Assembly: GCA_051362555.1 (NCBI GenBank)
Contig: CM120640.1
Coordinates: 20,708,001-20,772,000 of the forward strand
DNA length: 64,000 bases
Direction of reading: 5' to 3'
Source of the DNA: Lingula anatina
Lineage: Eukaryota > Animalia > Brachiopoda
Shown one piece after another: positions 57,801 through 64,000 of this stretch. The position numbers and the translations under genes are program-made. Under the pieces are notes generated by a model. It ran no database searches. It saw only the letters and a program-made list of their open reading frames with translations, and was not told where the DNA came from. Positions within the stretch are counted from its first letter, which is position 1, and the number at the start of each line of letters is the position of its first letter.

Positions 57801-60800
57801 TGTACCCGTCTTCATCACAGTTGGAGATGTCAATGAGTTTACTCCAGAATTTCAGGAGACCGAACTGGTGTCTCGCATATATGAAAATCTGCCCGGGAAT
57901 ACTTTCCTAAGAGAGGTGAGCTTTTTTGTTCTGTTCAGTAACATCAGTTCGAGCTAAATACCTGTTTTGTAATTTTAATGCGTAAGGTGATGTGAACTGA
58001 TACAGAACGTTTAGTTTGGAGAGAGAGGAACGGAGCTATGATAAATTTTATCCCCAAATATCCCACGCCCTGCTCGGTCAAGCAGCCTGTTTTGTTTAAT
58101 ACCAATAACACTCAATAAAACGGTATTTTCCTCCATCTTTCAGTTTAAAGTTCAGGACAATGACACTGATCAGACTATCCACTTCACGTTGATACAATCA
58201 GCAGAAAATGCTTTCTTCATCTCTTCCGACGGCCAGATATATATAACCAAATCACTGGACAGGGAGATGACTGGCCTTTACAGAATGGCAGTAGTTGCAA
58301 AGGACGATGGTAAGATCCACACAAAACATACACGTGCACTCCGTATATGGTAGTGTGAAAGTACTTAATATTAATGGAACACTAACCATTGTTTTTAAGT
58401 GAGTGCAGAACCATCTTGAAATGCTTTTGATTGACATAAAGGATATTCGTTATGTCCCTTTGTCATTGTTACCTGGTGATTTGGTTCTGAAATATTCATT
58501 TTGGTTCTTTCACACTTGTTCATTGCAAATTTGATATTTTATGTAGGTGTTCCCCCACGAAGTTCCACCATGGACCTGGAAGTACAGGTCCTCGATGTCA
58601 ACGACAACGCCCCGGTCTTCACTGCTCCCTCCTATAATGAAACTGTAAACCTGGCTGACCTCCCTGACGGTTCAGACGCAATCCTCACCGTGAAAGCCGT
58701 TGATGCAGATATTGATGCCAATGGTGTTGTACGATACGGCTTAGAGTCCTCCCCAAATGATTATTTTGAGATCGACAGCATAATGGGAGTAATCCGCATA
58801 CTGCCTGCAGGCCGGAACGTTGTTGGAGAGAGGACCGAAACCCTTACGGTTGTCGCTACAGACCGGGGTACCCCGCCACAAACTTCAGCTGCAGTAGCAA
58901 GAATCACGTTGATTGGGGCTGAGACTCCACGTACAAACTATTCAATTGAGGTAAGAAAACCTAACTTAAGATCTGTCAGTAGGAAAAGCACATATGCACG
59001 TATCACCCAACAAGGCCCTCTGTTGAAGTAGAGTAATCTGAGATATTGGTGGTGGATTGATTTATTTCATTTCTTTGCAACTTATGATAATTTGGCCTCT
59101 TCGTCGTATAAAAGTGTTTGACCCAGTAAACGGATTGATTATTAGACATTACGTTATAGTTTCGCAGTTAACACGTCAGGAACTTGGTCCTGGGGACGAT
59201 TTCACATATTACAGGACTGTCTTAAAAATGAGTAGTGACTTGAGGCATATGCTTATAAGCAGTTATCTTTCTTAGGATGGGAAAATGAATCTCTTAAGAC
59301 TAAATCCTTGTTACAAAGTAGGCGCAATACTTAATTTAACACTACTTACTTATTGTGGGTCAAGGAAGACTTAAATATTGGCCTTAAAGTTCGGATCAAT
59401 TTTTATCTTATAGGTATCTGAAGACACATTGCCCGGATCCACCATTCTACACTTAAATGTAACCCAGGTTGGTCTCAGTGTTGTCTATACAATAGTGGAC
59501 GGAAATGCGGAAGGGAAATTTTCTGTCGAGGTGCATGGTAAGTACAACCACCTGCTGGAATTCAATTATCTTTTCTACTGATTGTTCCCCAGCTACTGAT
59601 AAGATATTTATGTCTCCTCCATCCCAGTGCATCACAAACTTGCATATTCCCGTTCATAGCAAAAGAGAATGTAACAAAGACTATCGGGTGTTCGTGATTT
59701 GGCCAAACAAGGCCGCTTTTATTAATTGTTGTCGCCATAAAATATCGTTTGACTACGCCAAACTTTCCTTTATTCAGTTGGTTGCAATCAAGTCGCGCTT
59801 TCGCAAATGTTGGAATTAGAAAGATGCCAACCTGCAGGTATCGGGATAATATTGATGAATTGATTTATATAAATGAAACTTTTAATGTAGATGGTTTTCC
59901 TGTCATCCATTTTTTTGTAAGAATATTTAGCCACTGTTGATTGTTTTATGGGTCATTCCTCCTACAGGTCACCTCGTGTTGGAATCACGGTTGGATAGAG
60001 AAACGACACCGTCATACGTTTTAACACTGAATGGAACAGATGGACAGTTTACCGTTCATATCACTGTAACAAGATCGACGTCATCCACGTCAACAACGAC
60101 GTCAACAACGACCCCGACAACGACGACGACAACGGAGACTTTGACAACGACGACGGAGACTTCGACAACGACGACAACGGAGACTTCGACAACGACATCA
60201 TCAGAAACGGAGTCAACGACAACGGTACTGACACCGTCTACCACCACTCCAACTATCCAGCAGCTGAATGAAGGTGCTTTCGTTTTTCTTTATTTTTATG
60301 TCAAACTGCGTTGGAAGTTTCACTATGTAAACATCTGTGTTTAACTCAGTTGTCTTTACGCTTGTATTTTAATTACGTCCCATGTTTGCATGTTTTCAAT
60401 GTGTTGTTCATGTCTGAAAAGACACAGAACAAATGTTTTGCTTAATAGCAACAAAATGTCCAGTATGTTAATGAATTACATAAATAGATTTGTATGGAGT
60501 TTTGAGTTCATAATATGTAAACTTAATTTGTCAATAATTCCTTCAGAATTGACTGCGAAGAGACGGGAAGTGTTTGACGTCATGGAACAACTCAAAGACG
60601 CAGCTCTGCCTACCCAGGACTTCATGCGTATGTTTAACCAGTGGAGGATAATGGTAGGTTTTGACAGTAGAGATCTGTCATCAACCGTTATATCGTGTGA
60701 AATACTTTCAACATGCTGTCGTGCTTTAGGACCTCTTTCTCTACCTTCATGTACATACTATTAAACGGTAGTCGTTTTCTTTTTCGAGGCCAATTTTTTT

Positions 60801-61316
60801 TTTACATTTCTAAATATTTACGTATGTTTCCAAGTAATTATGTTTTGGATATGTATTAAATAAGAATATTTGGAAAGGACATTAAAGGAAGTGAATGATT
60901 TGGACAAGTATATAAAGGGGTGTAAATCCACGTGCATGGCGCAGCATTACATCTGCTCCATGAAAAGTAATATACTGTGCGGGTATCCAGAGACAAAGGT
61001 CCTTGAGAAAGAAAAAAACAGGTTAAATCAAAGAATACAAATGTATTGGTTAGTTCGGGGTCAAGATAAAGATATAAAAGTCCTGTGTTTGGGTAAAATA
61101 ATATTAAGACCCATGCCAGGTTCTAGTAATGTGACTCCGACTTTCCGAAGACTGCCCTCCCCCAATTTACTCCCAACCCCGGGTAAAATTATACAAAGCA
61201 AACAAATCTTTTTAATTCAATGTATGCGGTTTTGTAGATATGATTATTTATTATTCCAGATTTTTGAATACCTACAAGTTTACAATGAGCGACAGGAGCG
61301 AATGAATGAAGAATAG
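14772..61316 (+). CDS. Giant multidomain secreted protein, about 4,950 aa, 55 coding exons: signal peptide, F5/8C, 4x beta-helix (with SRCR), EGF, IPT, Ig/CARDB-like module, about 9 cadherin repeats, Thr-rich stalk
   Basis: Manual exon chain: 14772-14844, 23843-23971, 25411-25691, 25958-26083, 26897-27035, 27564-27680, 27980-29350, 29678-29776, 30085-30258, 30503-30888, 31153-32065, 32244-32342, 34431-34614, 35007-35161, 36031-36689, 36975-37291, 37501-37710, 38099-38178, 38414-38530, 39052-40441, 40735-40853, 41129-41321, 41706-41838, 42097-42312, 42641-42951, 43280-43397, 43691-43867, 44399-44528, 44788-44954, 45609-45862, 46133-46290, 46492-46639, 47647-47893, 48340-48485, 48935-49140, 49924-50019, 50410-50563, 50937-51110, 51337-51619, 51962-52027, 52231-52414, 52725-52859, 53146-53289, 53578-53883, 54288-54511, 54758-56357, 56596-56822, 57069-57198, 57692-57915, 58144-58309, 58547-58950, 59414-59537, 59968-60273, 60547-60653, 61260-61316. 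All introns are GT-AG except one GC-AG. Phases are consistent, there are no internal stops, and domains continue across junctions. Confidence 0.85.
15496..15542. repeat. (TAA)n microsatellite
   Basis: Seen directly; it produces the spurious poly-Tyr ORF. Confidence 0.95.
18404..18681 (-). repeat. LTR (3' LTR of the minus-strand element)
   Basis: TGTGACGAAGC...AACATTACA. Matches 22839-23116 with one substitution seen (TTTACACTAAG vs TTTACGCTAAG). Confidence 0.93.
21713..22670 (-). pseudogene. Fragmented Gypsy pol (RT core and integrase zinc finger)
   Basis: YFDD motif, then VLRR..ANLAL and EEVRY*GYIVS. LHNDNAIGH...YVRSCVECLTRK gives HHCC. Multiple stops and frameshifts. Confidence 0.8.
22824..22834 (-). 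other. Primer binding site, probably tRNA-Ala
   Basis: Plus-strand GCATCCTCCAC matches the 3' end of metazoan tRNA-Ala(AGC) as I recall it (...GCATCCTCCACCA). It lies 4 nt inside the LTR. Confidence 0.6.
22839..23116 (-). repeat. LTR (5' LTR of the minus-strand element)
   Basis: Second copy of the 278-bp repeat; the PBS-like sequence lies immediately inside it. Confidence 0.93.
23258..23280. repeat. Poly-G run of about 23 nt
   Basis: Seen directly; could form a G-quadruplex. Confidence 0.9.
23843..26083 (+). CDS. Exons 2-4: F5/8 type C (discoidin) domain
   Basis: CPGGGSALGMKDGRITDQQLSASS...ARLN / GAWVP...EYLMIDM...ITGIAVQ / ARYIVV...WQNAPALRMELYGC follows the FA58C consensus from start to end. 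Confidence 0.92.
24041..25260 (-). mobile_element. Tc1/mariner (DD34E) transposon relic in intron 2
   Basis: Transposase pseudogene runs 25075 to 24041: paired-like HTH, GRPGKTT, WGCIS, QDDNAPSH...SPDANIIE (34 aa between D and E), C-terminal RGYATKY*. Stops at 24671 and 24104, frameshifts, and the first catalytic D is lost. One TIR-like end CACTGGTGACTGGAC is next to TA at 25261-25262; the other end was not found. Confidence 0.92.
26897..32342 (+). CDS. Exons 5-12: beta-helix modules 1-2 (PbH1, bark beetle/Anakonda-like) and start of module 3; Thr-rich furin linker in exon 9
   Basis: Asn/Ile/Phe-rich repeats (IxxNxFxNN) with recurring caps LTIxPGV..GIxVxG, WxGIxF, NYWG/NWWG..RIxD..PYL. ORF track 27988..29358 and 31117..32121. 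Confidence 0.9.
27305..27455. repeat. Degenerate tandem repeat built on CTCGAAATTTCGA, likely TE-derived
   Basis: Recurring TCGAAA(A/T)TT units in intron 5. Confidence 0.5.
33331..33614. mobile_element. Small CACTA/EnSpm-like MITE in intron 12
   Basis: CCCGCATGAAAATGCAGTAG ... CTACTTCGTTTTCGTGCGGG inverted ends, AT on both flanks, internal GCAGTAG repeats. Confidence 0.7.
34431..35161 (+). CDS. Exons 13-14: scavenger receptor cysteine-rich (SRCR) domain
   Basis: LRAANGSGPHEGRLEVFFNNTWQLVCGTYGWDMRAAQVACRQLGY ... MNCNGDEHFLQEC ... C ... ASVVC. Confidence 0.95.
36031..40441 (+). CDS. Exons 15-20: beta-helix modules 3-4, then three tenascin-type EGF repeats
   Basis: PbH1 repeats with ENCWD and HNWWG caps, then CNNVNNCSGNGVCIRPDTCEC, CQGRGTCVGPNTCQC and CSKHGLCIEPNRC. 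Confidence 0.92.
38668..38708 (+). ncRNA. Minimal hammerhead ribozyme motif, Penelope-like element type, in intron 19
   Basis: CTGAAGA (38672-38678), A, stem II GATCTT-GCGAT-AAGGTC, GAAAC, GTC. Predicted cut after 38704. Stem I is only about 3 bp. Confidence 0.6.
40735..42312 (+). CDS. Exons 21-24: laminin-type EGF repeats, IPT/TIG domain, EGF
   Basis: CFTRYQGENCSECSGNHWGPEC; VLSVAPDGGPDIGGTVVRVTGHNF..CRFG..GTWISTEEVTCKAP (IPT consensus); GICSFGECLCSKPWSGDNC. Confidence 0.88.
42641..54511 (+). CDS. Exons 25-45: Ig-like / CARDB-like / carboxypeptidase-regulatory-like module with a Cys/Gly-rich insert
   Basis: Beta-rich segments PSGMALD..IRW, VNVTNSGLATAHNI, VEDEYTYFG..LANATV, WRVEPVTFEDRYVITLEADFETQVPMPVV, GVCAKVRIQIVQELVLTRDAFEATLEIENG, GDDPFT..EPSVPFSLGVLVSNTGYG..ITSAQPEIIDNEKGLLI. 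Domain names are inferred from motif resemblance. Confidence 0.8.
45116..45184. repeat. (AAT)n followed by (ATT)n, an inverted microsatellite pair
   Basis: Seen directly. Confidence 0.9.
46659..47421. mobile_element. MITE (non-autonomous DNA transposon) in intron 32
   Basis: Terminal inverted repeats of about 37 bp, AGAGAGTTTTGGCAAGGCCTTCCGTAYGACGT. ATT on both flanks is a possible 3-bp TSD, as in PIF/Harbinger-related groups. No ORF. Confidence 0.85.
48517..48675. mobile_element. Small CACTA/EnSpm-like element in intron 34
   Basis: CCCAGCGGG at both ends, with multiple AACGTTG subterminal repeats. Confidence 0.6.
49470..49565. repeat. Degenerate minisatellite, unit about ACACGTTTTTTGGCTT
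   Basis: About five imperfect tandem units. Confidence 0.75.
54758..60073 (+). CDS. Exons 46-53: about nine cadherin repeats
   Basis: Repeated Ca-binding motifs A.D.D, LDRE/LDYE and DVND..P.F (for example DVNDEYPVF, DVNDNPPVI, DVNEFTPEF, DVNDNAPVF). ORF 54764..56452. Confidence 0.95.
60074..61316 (+). CDS. End of exon 53 plus exons 54-55: Thr/Ser-rich mucin-like stalk and short helical C-terminus; stop TAG at 61314-61316
   Basis: STSSTSTTTSTTTPTTTTTTETL..., then IQQLNEELTAKRREVFDVMEQLKDAALPTQDFMRMFNQWRIM|IFEYLQVYNERQERMNEE*. Phases match. Confidence 0.72.
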
Positions 61317-61411
61317 AGGTTGGGACGACAACGTTTTGTTTAAAACACACACACGCTGAACTGTTGCTTTGATCATGCGTAATACATCGAGCTGACATGC
61401 AGAAATAATTC

Positions 61412-61559
61412 AATAAAAATCATATATATGACATTAAGTTGGGGCTTTATGTGTGATTTGATTACTCGAAACTTAATATATACAGAATAATAAATAAACT
61501 ATTTTTCCTTCTTCTGTTGGTGTGTGTATTCGATGTGTGTGTGTGTGTGATTTAATAAA
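61412..61559 (+). terminator. Candidate polyadenylation signals of the large gene
   Basis: AATAAA at 61412, 61489 and 61554, about 100-240 nt after the stop. GT-rich sequence lies between the second and third signals. Confidence 0.45.
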
Positions 61560-63690
61560 TTAAGATGTAAGTACACCATTGTTTATGAATTATGTTGTCA
61601 TACTTTTGACGAATTGGTTGTTCCAATATAGAAGAAGACGGAGTGGTGCTGATTAAAGGCGGGAAAAACCTGTACATCAGATGTGCACCATGTTAGAGAT
61701 ATTTTTGTGGAATGATATATTAATCAATGAAGTGACTGCTGAAAGAAATTGACTACTTTTATAGTACTAAACAACTCATTGAATATACATTCCACTGCAA
61801 AGCTAGTTTTGTTGTAAGGATGGCAGATTTAAGATAATACTTGTATGATACGCTTTTGTTGCTGTGAAATTTGAATTGAAATCTATTTTTCCAGTATTTT
61901 ACATTTGTCAACAGCATTAGCCTACAATTGTTTATCATTAGAAAGTGCGGATTTGAAAAACAGAATAACAGATAACAATCAAAATCTTTAATATTCCAGA
62001 AGTATATGCTTGTAATAATTTTATTCTTATGTTCTTAGTTAAGGCAGTTTTTTTTTTTTTTTTTTTTTTTTTTTGGTATTTGATTATTGTTTCATGGAAA
62101 GCCTAAAACACTTTACATAATGTTTTAATTATGTAATTAGAGAAAGTTTGCATAGCGTCAGGGGTGAACACATTGCTTTCTTCAAAATCGTTATTTGCTT
62201 TTTTAATTGTCTTTTGTGTTAAGATTGATTACTTACTCCTAATATATGGAAATAAATGCTGTGCTCGGAAAAAATACCTTCTTGTCAAATATCAACATTT
62301 TATTCACAGCACAGTATATAAACGTGTAGCTTGTAAATAGATATATTTATGTGGATTTCTTTGTTCTTCCTTGTTTGCATAGAACAAGTCTGTTTACATC
62401 TGCTAATTATAACAGCAGATCCATAATTGCTAAACGGAAAAGAAGAATCGTGTTTAAAGTCATAATAACTCTTCGTTTTGGCCAAAAATACGATTTTCCT
62501 GGAAAAAACGGCAAATTTCCCGTACTTACCAATGGTCAACGACCCCATTCCTGCATTCAAAGTTAATCCAGGTTTTTTTCCTTAACGTACGGTTCTCTTA
62601 AGAGATTTTAACTGACGGAGCCCTCTCTCTGACATGGCAAGTTCACGCGATATCGAGCGATAGTTTCTGGTGGCCTACTTAAAACCGCGGGAAAAGCAGA
62701 CGACAACAACAACACTATATAACAATATTATAAGATTCATAAGATATATTCGTCTTATTGCTCAAAATGCATTTATATCTACAATGTGTGAATACTGGGT
62801 TTTTCGTTATCCGACGCACTGTACAAAAACTCGCAACTTACGTCTGAGGGTTTCCCGCCATGTTATTTTGGTCTCGAATGAACGCGAGAATCCGCGTGAC
62901 ACCTAAACGTCATTGGCAACGGATGCACTTGTCGACCGTAAAGAAAGGCATCGAAAGCCCAAGTGACAAGCACAGATTTTAGTTTTACTACAATAACAGT
63001 CGTTTTAATGGGAAAATGCAATAGAATATATTTCCAGGCGTTGTTTACAATGTATTTCTTGCGGAATTTTGAATCTCAAAGGAAGAGTTATTATTGCTTT
63101 AACTATTCAAGTAAGTAGTAGTGTGGGAAAGGGCTGTACTTTACATATACATCGCAACAGAAATTAGGATGATTGATTCTGACCACATATGTCAATAATT
63201 GCCGGGTTTTTTATTTGGCCTTCGGGAGGACCTTCCTTTAAATAAACACAACTAAAATGTATTGATGTCTCTGAAAGACCAGTATTGTTTCATTTGATCA
63301 ACTGAAACAACGAATAGGAATTGTGAATTTTCTGTTGTTGATTTGAGACTGTAAATTGTTTTTATAGCGTCCTGAAAATCAGTGCATTGAACTGTAAGTA
63401 CAGAACTAAAACGAAACAGATGAAAAAAATGTTCAGAATACAAAAAAAAAAAAAAAAAAAGAGTAGCCCACAAACAAATTACCCAATAATCCATGTTTAT
63501 TTTAACAGTTCAACAGAGTAGCTTCCAAAGCCATGGGTACATATAATGATATGTTAAAACTCATCAGTTTATTTATCATACGGTGAAATAGGATTTTCGT
63601 TGCATCTTGTATAAAGGTGGTAAAGGTAAAAACTGTATTTATAGACGGAGTTCTTTTACCCCAGTAAAGGCGTCGCGATCCTTCATAGAT

Positions 63691-63935
63691 CTAGAGTCGG
63701 CTACTATATATATATTCGACACTTTCTCCCTCGTGGAACCATCGGTCGTGCATGCTTAATACGAAGTCAGGTAGACGCCAATATACAGTGTTAAACAAAA
63801 GGACTGCGGAAATGAAGATGTACTGCGATGTATAATCGACCATTTCTGCGGGCGTCCTTTTGGCGCAGTGGATCAGCAGTGATGTTTTCACGCCGACCCA
63901 TGACGACATTGACGGTGTGGAAGAAGCTCACTGGC
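63691..63935 (-). CDS. Probable last exon (or pseudo-exon) of a Cys-loop ligand-gated ion channel subunit, M4 helix; the gene would continue beyond the window
   Basis: AEMVDYTSQYIFISAVLLFNTVYW resembles the GABA-A/GlyR/GluCl M4 consensus (A..ID..SR..FP..F..FN..YW). Acceptor TTTTAG precedes 63935, but an in-frame TGA lies at 63930-63928. Confidence 0.45.
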
Positions 63936-64000
63936 CTAAAATCAGACAGATTTTAAAAATATAATCTTAATGTCTTTGCTGATATAATATAATATGTTAT

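Noticed and set aside
28695-60247. Minus-strand ORFs overlapping exons (28695, 29055, 31836, 39794, 40151, 48926, 52207, 55522, 55816, 56573, 60056)
   Set aside because: Antisense shadows of the plus-strand coding exons.

Overview
AT-rich, microsatellite-rich eukaryotic DNA, most likely from an invertebrate animal; the taxon cannot be determined from the sequence. The window is dominated by one + strand gene that I assembled by hand into 55 coding exons (14772-61316). Every junction is phase-compatible, the CDS totals 14,853 nt and it encodes about 4,950 aa. Domain order: signal peptide; F5/8 type C (discoidin) domain; four bark-beetle/Anakonda-like beta-helix modules, one carrying a Thr-rich furin linker and one an SRCR domain; EGF repeats; IPT/TIG; EGF; a long Ig/CARDB-like module that resembles bacterial giant surface proteins and contains a furin-flanked 12-Cys segment; about nine cadherin repeats; a Thr-rich stalk; a short C-terminal helix. 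No C-terminal transmembrane segment is visible. The introns hold an antisense, internally decayed Gypsy LTR element with near-identical LTRs (18404-23116), an antisense Tc1 (DD34E) relic, several MITEs and a Penelope-type minimal hammerhead ribozyme motif. A probable last exon of a Cys-loop ion channel lies on the - strand at the right edge. The first 14 kb appear non-coding. Family assignments come from motif recognition, not database searches.
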